Shown here piece by piece: positions 29,412 through 38,353 of a DNA stretch of 64,000 bases. Position 1 is the first letter of the stretch. Each line of letters opens with the position of its first letter. Origin of the DNA: Candidatus Poribacteria bacterium (lineage in GTDB: Bacteria; Poribacteria; WGA-4E; WGA-3G); the NCBI GenBank assembly GCA_022820835.1, contig JAJEET010000134.1:45-64044 (forward strand), in the 5' to 3' direction. Made by a program: the position numbers and the translations under genes. The notes below the pieces were generated by a model. It searched no databases. It was not told the origin of the DNA and saw nothing but the letters and a program-made list of their open reading frames with translations.

Positions 29412-31415
29412 TTAGACATCTATAACAGGTTTCATATTCCAGAGGAGGACGGTGCCGTCATAGCTGCTACTTGCTAAGCGTTCACCATCCTTTGAAAAAG
29501 CGAGGTTTTGAACATCTGAGGTATGCCCCCAAAAAGTATGTATGTTTTTCCCAGTGGCTACGTCCCATAAACGGATGGAGACCTTTTCTGTTTTTTTCCA
29601 CCAAGAACCGGAGGCGAGATACCGTCCACATGGCGAAAACGCCACGACACCGACACGGGAGCAACTCTCAGGTAGAATCATCCCCATACACGGTTCCAAA
29701 GTTGCTGCATCCCACACACGAATGTCACCGAATAATCCACCAGCCAAAAAAGTACCGCAAGGTGAAAACGCAATTGAATACTGCTCTCGCACCCTTGACT
29801 GCGGTTTGCAACGGCGTTGGATTTCGCGTGAATCCCCTTTGTAGAGGGAAGCATCTGCTAAGGTGACCTCTGTAGAAAGTGAGCCAAGCTGTTCGCCACT
29901 CGTAACGTCCCAAAGAAAGATGCTCGCCCTGTCGGCAGTAACGAATTGCTGTCCATTGGGGTGAAAGGCTGCTGTCCGAAGCGGCTCTGCGTGCCCTGTA
30001 AATGCATGCTGCTTTTCCCAACGGAGGGTGTCCCACACAACAAGGTTTCCACTTGTATCTCCGCTGACGATGTGTTCCCCCGATGGCGAAAACACCACGG
30101 TGGTGATCGAAGCCTGATGTTCGGCGAGTTCTGCTATTCGGGTTCCGGAGGTGATGTTCCAGACTTCAAGCGTTTGTCCACTTTCTCCGATAAGAGCCAA
30201 CAATTCTTCACTGGCAACCAGTGCACACCTTTTACCTCTGCTTTTTGGTGGGATCGGGGGAGGGAGCACCTGTTTCTGAACAACATTCCAGAAAACGACC
30301 CTATCATTCCAATATTTGCAAACCAACCTCTTGCCCGATTGATAAAAAAATAGGGAGTCAGGTATCCCATTAGGTGTTGTGTGTGGTGCTACTGCGGCAG
30401 GGGCACCTGCACGCCACACGCGGATCTCGCTGTGTGTGGCAATTGCGAACTGCTGTCCATCCGTCGAAAGACATTCTGCCCGATGGTCTATCCTATGTTT
30501 TCCTTGATGTTCAATGGTATCAAGTTTTTCACCTTGGGCCGCATCCCACATCACTACCTTGTCTTCATAAACATCAGCAACCCGTAAAGCACCATCAGGG
30601 GAATAGGCGAGAAGCACCCGAGTTCCACCGTAGTCTGTGTAAGTCGTCTCCAAAGTCTCTTTATCAATATTCCACACTTGCACCTCAATATTCTCCCGTG
30701 TCGTTGGATCCTGAAGACTCGCAGCAAGAAACTGACCACAGGGTGAAAAGACGAGATCATGCAGATGTCCTGATTCACACAGATGACGGTCTAAAACTAG
30801 CCAAGCGAAACGTTCTTTCGTTTTTAGGTTTTGGACCGTAAGGGTGCACGAACCAGTAGAATAAGCGAGCAGCTGCCCATCGGGTGAAAAATAGAGCGGA
30901 AAACGAGTCGGATATTTTTCACCTTCCTTCGATGTGATTCTCACTTTGAAACTTGCGACGTGGTAGCCGTTTTTCGCACTCCAGATGTAAACATCGCCGT
31001 ATTCGCGGCCAGATGCGGCGATGTATTGGCTATCCGGTGAAAAGGTGAGGTGGGAGGTGCCGTCGTGCCAGCCTTGTATCTTCGCCACGCGCTGCTGGGT
31101 CTCTATTTCTCGGACATTGATGATGCCGTCCCCATTGCTGGTTGCGATCCATTGCCCATCAGGTGAAAGAACGACGTTAGAAATCAGGCCGCGTTCGGTT
31201 TCAAGTAGTGTGACGGGCTGCATCGTGTCAAGTTCATACATCCATATCCCGACCCGAGTGCCAACAGCGAGGAACGCGTTATCCGGTGAAAACGTCATGC
31301 CAAATATGAGTCCTTGTCCGAATCGGGCAATTGCGCCATCGGGGAGTGCCCAAGTTGTCTCATTACTGTTTGTCTGGACAGATTGTGTGGTTATCTGTGA
31401 TCTTCGATTTTCCAT
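29412..31415 (-). CDS. WD40-repeat protein (copy 1)
   Basis: Many FSPxG...W(D/N) repeats. Ends GHTSDVQNLAFS...DGTVLLW. Confidence 0.92.
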   Translation of the reverse strand: MENRRSQITTQSVQTNSNETTWALPDGAIARFGQGLIFGMTFSPDNAFLAVGTRVGIWMYELDTMQPVTLLETERGLISNVVLSPDGQWIATSNGDGIINVREIETQQRVAKIQGWHDGTSHLTFSPDSQYIAASGREYGDVYIWSAKNGYHVASFKVRITSKEGEKYPTRFPLYFSPDGQLLAYSTGSCTLTVQNLKTKERFAWLVLDRHLCESGHLHDLVFSPCGQFLAASLQDPTTRENIEVQVWNIDKETLETTYTDYGGTRVLLAYSPDGALRVADVYEDKVVMWDAAQGEKLDTIEHQGKHRIDHRAECLSTDGQQFAIATHSEIRVWRAGAPAAVAPHTTPNGIPDSLFFYQSGKRLVCKYWNDRVVFWNVVQKQVLPPPIPPKSRGKRCALVASEELLALIGESGQTLEVWNITSGTRIAELAEHQASITTVVFSPSGEHIVSGDTSGNLVVWDTLRWEKQHAFTGHAEPLRTAAFHPNGQQFVTADRASIFLWDVTSGEQLGSLSTEVTLADASLYKGDSREIQRRCKPQSRVREQYSIAFSPCGTFLAGGLFGDIRVWDAATLEPCMGMILPESCSRVGVVAFSPCGRYLASGSWWKKTEKVSIRLWDVATGKNIHTFWGHTSDVQNLAFSKDGERLASSSYDGTVLLWNMKPVIDV

Positions 31416-31450
31416 CAAATACCTCCGATTTTACCCTGGCAAGTAATATC

Positions 31451-33490
31451 TTAAGAACCTATGAACGGTTTCATATCCCAAAGGAGAACGGTGCCGTCAA
31501 AACTTCCGCTCGCTAAGAGCGTGCCGTCTGGTGAAAAGGCGACATCTTGAACATCAGAGGCGTGTCCCCAGAAGGTGTGGATGTTTTCACCAGTAGCGAC
31601 CTTCCACAATTGGATAGGCACTCTATCTGTCCCGCACCACCACGAACCGACAGCGAGATAATCACTGTCAGGCGAAAAAGCAAGTGCGAAAGGTCTCTTA
31701 CTGGTTTCAGGCAGCCGTATTACCATACGTATTTGTGAGGTATTTGCGTCCCACAGTATAACTTCACCTTCGCGCCCACAGGCAATAACGGTCCCGCAGG
31801 GAGAAAATGCAATAACATCAAGGACTGGTTCCAGATGTCGCTGACGCTTAGGATCTTCCGCTTCCTTGGTTCCTTTTGACTCACCTTTGTACAGAGGTGG
31901 AACGTCTAAACTTTCTGGCAAAGGAAGTGTGGCAAGATGTTTACCACTTTCAACATCCCAGATGCGAGCTTTATCATTGTAAGAAATAGCGGCGACCTGC
32001 TTACCATCAGGGTGAAACGCTACTCTCTTATCTCCCATTCGCCATCTCGCTTCTACTACGCGTTCATTTTCATCTGGCGTAAGCGAATGTTGTTTTTCCC
32101 AATTCTCAACATCCCATACAAAGAGTTCGCCTTCTGTTCCAGCACTGACAAGATATTTACCGATGGGTGAAAAACTAAACGAAATTACATGACGTTCATG
32201 TTCGGTGAGTTCAGCGACTAATGTTTCGGAATCAATGTTCCAGATTTTGATGTTCGCGTCCCCTGTTTCAGCTGCTAACAGTTCATTGAACGGACATAGA
32301 GTAGCTGTCCTTCGTAAAGAGGATCGTTCGGTCAGGGATGGGAATATCCGCTGCGTTTTCCTGTTTGCGACATCCCAGAAAATTTTACCCGTTGTTCCCC
32401 AGTGACTGCTGACCAATGTCTTGCTGTCCTGCGAGAATACCACCGAATAGGCACTCGGTTTATATTCGGGAAATAAGGCAATTGTAGAAGGGGATCCAGT
32501 TTTCCATAGCTGCAGATTGCCGCGTGTGTTGGCAATTGCGAATTGGGTTCCATCGGTTGAAAAACGCGCCGCAGTAGTCGTCGTTCCCCGGGAGTCAAAG
32601 GTGTCCAACTTTTCTTGCTGCGATGCATCCCAAATCTCCACCTTGTTTTCATAGATATTGGCGATCCGCAGTGTGCCCTCAGGCGCATAAGCCAATCTTA
32701 TCCGATCTCCTTCATAAGTAGTAGGTGGTGTTACAAGGGATTCGTTGTGAATATCCGAGACTCGTACTTCGTTGTCTAAGGTCGCGGTGGCAAGGTACTG
32801 TCCGCAAGGAGAAAAGATGGCGGAATGCACCGGTGCTGCGTGTTCAGTGAGATGAGCAATCTGTTTGCCGGTGTCTATGTCTGAAAGCGTGATAGTGTCT
32901 ATTGCAGTCACATACGCAAGTTGGTTGCTGACGGGTGAAAATGAGATAGGAAAGCACCTGTCGCCGTAATATCCCCTTCGGTAATCCTTTTTTTCTGCAT
33001 CTTCAATGGTGCAGCTCATAATAGGCGTGTCAATGTTTGTCCCCCATTTGTAGACGGCACTATGTGCGAAACCGGATGTGGCAAGATATTGTCCGTCCGA
33101 CGAAAAGTGGAGATGTAAAAGGCTATTAAAGTTTCGCGTACTTCCCCAATCTATTTTCGTAATGCATTGTCCGTTTTGTGTGTCCCATATTTTAACAATC
33201 CCGTCTTGGTCGCCAGTAGCGATCCATCGCATATCATGTGAGAAGGTCGCGACATTGAACATCCCGCGTTCGGTGCCCCACAAAGCACGAGGGATCATTG
33301 TTGCCGTGTCATATATCCAGAATCCGATTTTGGTTGCAACGGCAAGATATGCCCCATCGCTCGAATACTCAACACCAAGTAGTACCCCCTGTCCCAATCT
33401 ACCGATTGCACCTTCAGGGAGTTCCCAAGTTGTTACATCTGTGTCGTCAGGTGGTCTGAGCGCGGGGATCATGGTGCGCCTGTTTTCCAT
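31451..33490 (-). CDS. WD40-repeat protein (copy 2)
   Basis: Same architecture as copy 1, sharing the TTWxLPxGAIxRxGQG N-terminal motif. Confidence 0.92.
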   Translation of the reverse strand: MENRRTMIPALRPPDDTDVTTWELPEGAIGRLGQGVLLGVEYSSDGAYLAVATKIGFWIYDTATMIPRALWGTERGMFNVATFSHDMRWIATGDQDGIVKIWDTQNGQCITKIDWGSTRNFNSLLHLHFSSDGQYLATSGFAHSAVYKWGTNIDTPIMSCTIEDAEKKDYRRGYYGDRCFPISFSPVSNQLAYVTAIDTITLSDIDTGKQIAHLTEHAAPVHSAIFSPCGQYLATATLDNEVRVSDIHNESLVTPPTTYEGDRIRLAYAPEGTLRIANIYENKVEIWDASQQEKLDTFDSRGTTTTAARFSTDGTQFAIANTRGNLQLWKTGSPSTIALFPEYKPSAYSVVFSQDSKTLVSSHWGTTGKIFWDVANRKTQRIFPSLTERSSLRRTATLCPFNELLAAETGDANIKIWNIDSETLVAELTEHERHVISFSFSPIGKYLVSAGTEGELFVWDVENWEKQHSLTPDENERVVEARWRMGDKRVAFHPDGKQVAAISYNDKARIWDVESGKHLATLPLPESLDVPPLYKGESKGTKEAEDPKRQRHLEPVLDVIAFSPCGTVIACGREGEVILWDANTSQIRMVIRLPETSKRPFALAFSPDSDYLAVGSWWCGTDRVPIQLWKVATGENIHTFWGHASDVQDVAFSPDGTLLASGSFDGTVLLWDMKPFIGS

Positions 33491-33655
33491 AAAAAATGTC
33501 TCCTATTATTGCTGGACAGCTTTTGAAATTTAGGTGCCTCTCAAGGCAAAGTCCGCGTGTGTAGTGTTGAAAATTGATAGGATTAAAGGGGATAATCGTG
33601 TGGTAACAAAGAAAGGAGGCGAAAATTTTAATGATTCACCAAAGCAACTGTTCTA

Positions 33656-33685
33656 ATTATACAGCACATACCTATCGTTTGTCAA
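33656..33685 (-). promoter_or_regulatory. Sigma70-type promoter for the WD40 pair
   Basis: TTGACA-18 bp-TATAAT on the minus strand. Confidence 0.65.
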
Positions 33686-33780
33686 TACCTTTATTAAATG
33701 CTTCGCTGCCTGCTAACAACCGAATACTGCTAAGGTGCACTCAGGACGGTTTAGTTTTCGGTTCCGATCTTGGTACGGAG

Positions 33781-33807
33781 GGGATCGCGAGCACAGCTCG
33801 CCCCTAC
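33781..33807. repeat. GTAG-type REP-like hairpin
   Basis: Reverse strand reads GTAGGGGCGAGCTGTGCTCGCGATCCC, related to the unit at 10012. Confidence 0.65.
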
Positions 33808-33869
33808 AGCGGAGGCGTATTTACATAGATAAAGTAAATATGTAAAACTAAATACCCCTGAAATTCTGC

Positions 33870-33898
33870 TTGACATAGAGCGGATATTTGAATAGAAT
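33870..33898 (+). promoter_or_regulatory. Sigma70-type promoter
   Basis: TTGACA-17 bp-TAGAAT, upstream of the CDS at 33931. Confidence 0.65.
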
Positions 33899-33930
33899 AG
33901 AGAATAAACACAACTTTCGACCTTCAAAAG

Positions 33931-36339
33931 ATGCGTATACAACCGACAATACACAAGACCTTTTCATACTGGCTCTGGCTTATCACATTCGGCGTATTAG
34001 GACTCATACTCGCTAATGTGCCGCTGTTTAACATCCTCGCTTTTGAGTTTTGCGCGGTGTTAGCACTCGGCATCTCTTTGGTTGGAGCACATGTAACGCT
34101 CACTGTAGTCCGGCAGATGAAGCGGCACCCTGAAGTGCTATCCGGCTCACCCGGACAAATCATCAGCCGGTGTTTCTGGAGTGCATTGACCTTTAACTTG
34201 AGTTTACTCGTGCTACCGCTCAGTATCATCCTGCTGAACGCACTCCGTGTCAAAAATTGCAACTTTGCGGAAGGATTTCTCTTTTTTTTTCTACTACCGA
34301 TAATCAGTTGCCTATACGCAACCGCAGCAGGCGTATTCTTCGGGTTCTGGATTAAGAGGCGATGGTTAGGATACTTGGCGTATCTCGGGTTTCTCGCGGT
34401 CTCTTGTGTACCAGTGGTTATCAATCTGATATTTCACCCGCCGGTGTTTGCGTATCACGCGACATTCGGATATTTTCCTGGACCGATTTACGATTTCGTT
34501 ATCCCTATAACAAACACACTGCTCATCGCCCGCGCAGAAACATTGCTGTGGGCAGTCCTCTTTTTGGGACTTACCGTCAATATGTGCGAAATCAGTCGGG
34601 ACACCGAATTGATGCCGCAACTGAGATGGCAAAAACTCTTTAATCCGTTGACAAAACATGTCGGTTTATACCTGCTGATTGTCTGCCTTATCGGTTTCCA
34701 ACTTTATGCGGGAGCGTTGGGAATTCGTCCATCCCGCAATGATGTTGCCAAAGCACTCGGCGGTTTTCGTGAAACTGCCCATTTTGAAATCTATTATGCA
34801 CGTGAACTTCAAACGGAGATTGATCGGATTGCCGAGGATTGTGAATTTCAGTATGCGCAATTAGTTGACTATCTCATGCCTGAAGGTGGAAAACTCTCGC
34901 GAAAAGTCCAAGCATATATCTATGCATCGACAGATCAGAAGAAGAAGTTAACAGGTGCAGGCGACACATCTGTAGAAGATCCATTTGGACACGGGTTCCA
35001 CATTCATGCACAAGGCTTTCCACATCCGATTCTGAAGCATGAATTGGCACACGTTTTTACTGTTCCGTGGTCGCCATTGAAGGTAAGTCTGAAGATAGGG
35101 CTCCACGAGGGGATCGCCGTTGCGGCGGATTGGGACGAAGGCAAACTTACAGTGCATCAGTGGGCAAAGGCGATGCGCCAGATGGAGGTCGCCCCCCCAT
35201 TGTCAGCCATCATGGGAATCGGGTTCTGGGGCCATGCCGGTTCGAGGAGTTATCTGCTGGCAGGTTCTTTCGTCCGATTCCTCGTTGATACTTATGGCAT
35301 AGAGAAATTTAGAAACGTCTTTCGATTCGGCAATTTTCTGCGTCACTACGCTAAGGAGCTGCCTTTATTGGAACAAGAGTGGATCAGTTTTTTGGACAGT
35401 GTTCCTCTACGAGACGAGGATTTAGACTACGCGAATTACCGTCTAAAGCAACGCAGCGTTTTTGAACAGGTCTGTGCTCATGAGATGGCGGTTTTACGGA
35501 ATATCGCATGGCAGGCATTTTTCCAAAAAGATTTCGCCACCGCCATGGAAACCTTTGAGGCGATGTTATTAGACGAACCCGACAATCCAAACACACTGCG
35601 CGGACTCATGTACAGCGCGCATCGGATGCAGGATTATGACAAGGCATTATCCTTAGCAAACCGTATTGTGAGTAAAGAAGATCCGTTATTCAGTCCAGAA
35701 GCGATGCTGCTAATAGGCGATATTCATTGGCAAAGGAATGCGCATAAAGAAGCGATCTACACCTACGGTTCCATTAAAACCGCATACGAAGCGGTGGCGC
35801 GTAGACGGAGCAAACGGATCGCGGCACTCTCTTACCAAGACGACGCACAGAGGGAATCGAACGCGACACCCCAAAGGGGAGTATCTGTTCGTGAGTTGTT
35901 CCGTTCAGTCTTAGTTGAACCTATAGGTGCGGCAGAGAAGATGGCATCTTTGTCAATATGCCTTCAAGTAGAACCGGATAACTGGTTGGCATCCGTCTTA
36001 GCAGGTGAACTGCTTCATAGAGAAAAAGCGTGGCAGCTCAGCAATCAATATCTTCATAGTGCAGTGATGCAATTAGAAAAATTGTCCGTTTCCGATGAGA
36101 CATTATCACCAATGCCGCTGACGCAACAACAATACAAGGTGCTTGCCTTAGAGGGGCAAAGATTAATAGGCATCAATGCCTATCATCAACACGATTACGA
36201 GGCTGCGATAAATGCATTCTCTGCGATTGCAAAAAATGAAGCGTTACCACTCGGAACCATACTAAAAGCAGAAGAGTGGTTGCAGAGATGCCGATGGGCA
36301 CAACAGCATCGTCAGGACCTCGTAAACCCGTTACCTTGA
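33931..36339 (+). CDS. Polytopic membrane protein with gluzincin (peptidase MA-like) domain and TPRs
   Basis: About 7 TM helices, then HELAH followed by LHEGIA, then TPR-like C-terminus. Confidence 0.78.
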   Translation: MRIQPTIHKTFSYWLWLITFGVLGLILANVPLFNILAFEFCAVLALGISLVGAHVTLTVVRQMKRHPEVLSGSPGQIISRCFWSALTFNLSLLVLPLSIILLNALRVKNCNFAEGFLFFFLLPIISCLYATAAGVFFGFWIKRRWLGYLAYLGFLAVSCVPVVINLIFHPPVFAYHATFGYFPGPIYDFVIPITNTLLIARAETLLWAVLFLGLTVNMCEISRDTELMPQLRWQKLFNPLTKHVGLYLLIVCLIGFQLYAGALGIRPSRNDVAKALGGFRETAHFEIYYARELQTEIDRIAEDCEFQYAQLVDYLMPEGGKLSRKVQAYIYASTDQKKKLTGAGDTSVEDPFGHGFHIHAQGFPHPILKHELAHVFTVPWSPLKVSLKIGLHEGIAVAADWDEGKLTVHQWAKAMRQMEVAPPLSAIMGIGFWGHAGSRSYLLAGSFVRFLVDTYGIEKFRNVFRFGNFLRHYAKELPLLEQEWISFLDSVPLRDEDLDYANYRLKQRSVFEQVCAHEMAVLRNIAWQAFFQKDFATAMETFEAMLLDEPDNPNTLRGLMYSAHRMQDYDKALSLANRIVSKEDPLFSPEAMLLIGDIHWQRNAHKEAIYTYGSIKTAYEAVARRRSKRIAALSYQDDAQRESNATPQRGVSVRELFRSVLVEPIGAAEKMASLSICLQVEPDNWLASVLAGELLHREKAWQLSNQYLHSAVMQLEKLSVSDETLSPMPLTQQQYKVLALEGQRLIGINAYHQHDYEAAINAFSAIAKNEALPLGTILKAEEWLQRCRWAQQHRQDLVNPLP

Positions 36340-36424
36340 ATAACTTAATTGCGTTTTTTGAACCGATTTCAGGTTGATCCAAAATGGATTTTTGTGTATT
36401 TGATTTAAAAATAGAGGAGCCGAT

Positions 36425-38344
36425 ATGAAACTTTTTGTGCCGGGAAGAATTTGCCTGTTCGGAGAACATAGCGATTGGGCAGCAAGGTACCGACTAAATA
36501 ACTCAGAACTTGAAAAGGGTTATACTTTAATAGCGAGTACAAATCAGGGTGTCTATGCCGAGGTTAAGCCGCATCCGACGCGCCTAATTTTGAAGACAAC
36601 CCTCAGCGATGGTACCCGTCACGGTCCCTATAGCCTCCCAATGGAAGGGGACGCTCTTCTTGCCGAAGCAGAAAAAGGCGGGTTTTTTAGTTACGCCGCC
36701 GGTGTCGCATATCAGATACTAACGAACTATCAGGTGCAAGGTCTCGAAATAGACAATTATCTTACAGATTTACCGGTAAAAAAAGGGCTATCTTCAAGTG
36801 CTGCCATCAGTGTCTTAGTCGCTCGTGCTTTCAATCGCACCTACGACCTCAAAATGACGACGCGCGGGGAAATGGAATATGCCTACCGCGGCGAGATTAC
36901 AACGCCTTCGCGCTGCGGACGGATGGACCAGGGCTGCGCCTACCAACGTCCTATCCTCATGACATTTGATGGCGATCGTGTTGATATTACAGAACTCAGT
37001 GTGCCAGAAAACATGTACTTTGTCATCGTTGATCTCGGTGCTGGTAAAGATACACTCCTTATATTGAATCAATTAAGTCACTGTTATCCATTCGCGGAGA
37101 GCGAATTAGAAAAGAACGTACAACACTATCTCGGGCCCCTCAGCGCGCAGATCACACAACAGGCACATCAAGCACTCCGAGACGGAGATGCTGAAGCAGT
37201 CGGTAAGTTAATGAGCCGGGCACAGACGGAGTTCGACAAACACCTCATCCCTGCTTGTCCGTCGCAGCTGACAGCACCGGTGCTCCATAAAGTCCTTAAC
37301 TATGAACCGATTCAACCGTATATTTGGGGCGGGAAAGGGGTCGGTTCGCAGGGAGACGGGTCGGCACAATTCATCGTGAAAGACGAAGAGAGCCAACAAC
37401 GTGTTATAGAGATTATTGAGAAGGATTTGCAGATGTCGTGCCTGAAACTCGTCATTGAGGCGGGGAGACATGTTCGCAAAGCTGTTATTCCGGCAGCGGG
37501 ATTCGGTACTCGACTCTTCCCAGCTTCAAAAGCGATGAAGAAGGAACTCTTTCCAGTCGTTGATGAATCTGGACGTGCGAAACCGGCAATCATGGCGATT
37601 GTTGAGGAAGCAATTGACGCAGGCATTGAAGAAGTATGTCTCATCATTCAGAGTCGCGATAGAGAACTTTTTGAATCGTTTTTCAAGACCCCGCCTCGAA
37701 TTGAACATTACAATAAACTCAGCAAAGAAAACAAAGCATATTGCGACTATCTACTGACGTTAGGGAGCAAGGTGACATTCGTCACACAAGACGTTCAAGA
37801 AGGTTTCGGGCATGCTGTTTATTGCGCGAAAGAGTGGGTCGGTAATGAACCTTTTCTGCTGATGCTCGGAGACCATCTTTACGGTTCAGATGAAGAGAAA
37901 TGCTGCGCACGACAAGTCGTAGAGGCTTATGAACAGGTAGGTCACAGTGTCGTCGGACTCAAAGTAACGCCGATTGAACAGCTATCAAACTTCGGATGCG
38001 TTACCGGTGTATGGAAAGAAGAGAACTCCCTGCTTTCGGTTACAGAGTTCTATGAAAAGCCAGATCCAGAATACGCGATGGAGCATCTGCATGTAGATGG
38101 CATGGATATCGATCAGTTCTTGACGGTGTTCGGCATTTATGTCATTCAACCACAGATTTTCGAGTTCCTTGAACAGAACATCTCCCATAATTTGCGCGAA
38201 CGCGGCGAATTCCAACTCACCTCTTGTTTGGACGAATTGCGGAAGGCAGAAGGTTTCTCAGGTTATGTTGTTAAAGGCAGACGGTTTGATATCGGTCTCC
38301 CTGAAGAATACAGACAAACCGTTATCGATTACAGAAACGCTTAG
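36425..38344 (+). CDS. Bifunctional GHMP sugar kinase / sugar-1-phosphate nucleotidyltransferase
   Basis: PGRICLFGEHSD, PVKKGLSSSAA and GRMDQ, followed by GalU-like KAVIPAAGFGTRLFPASKAMKKEL and LMLGD. Confidence 0.9.
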   Translation: MKLFVPGRICLFGEHSDWAARYRLNNSELEKGYTLIASTNQGVYAEVKPHPTRLILKTTLSDGTRHGPYSLPMEGDALLAEAEKGGFFSYAAGVAYQILTNYQVQGLEIDNYLTDLPVKKGLSSSAAISVLVARAFNRTYDLKMTTRGEMEYAYRGEITTPSRCGRMDQGCAYQRPILMTFDGDRVDITELSVPENMYFVIVDLGAGKDTLLILNQLSHCYPFAESELEKNVQHYLGPLSAQITQQAHQALRDGDAEAVGKLMSRAQTEFDKHLIPACPSQLTAPVLHKVLNYEPIQPYIWGGKGVGSQGDGSAQFIVKDEESQQRVIEIIEKDLQMSCLKLVIEAGRHVRKAVIPAAGFGTRLFPASKAMKKELFPVVDESGRAKPAIMAIVEEAIDAGIEEVCLIIQSRDRELFESFFKTPPRIEHYNKLSKENKAYCDYLLTLGSKVTFVTQDVQEGFGHAVYCAKEWVGNEPFLLMLGDHLYGSDEEKCCARQVVEAYEQVGHSVVGLKVTPIEQLSNFGCVTGVWKEENSLLSVTEFYEKPDPEYAMEHLHVDGMDIDQFLTVFGIYVIQPQIFEFLEQNISHNLRERGEFQLTSCLDELRKAEGFSGYVVKGRRFDIGLPEEYRQTVIDYRNA

Positions 38345-38353
38345 AAGGCGCAC

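Noticed and set aside
29412-33490. Diversity-generating retroelement acting on WD40 C-termini
   Set aside because: There is no reverse transcriptase, and the differences between the similar 3' ends are not adenine-specific.
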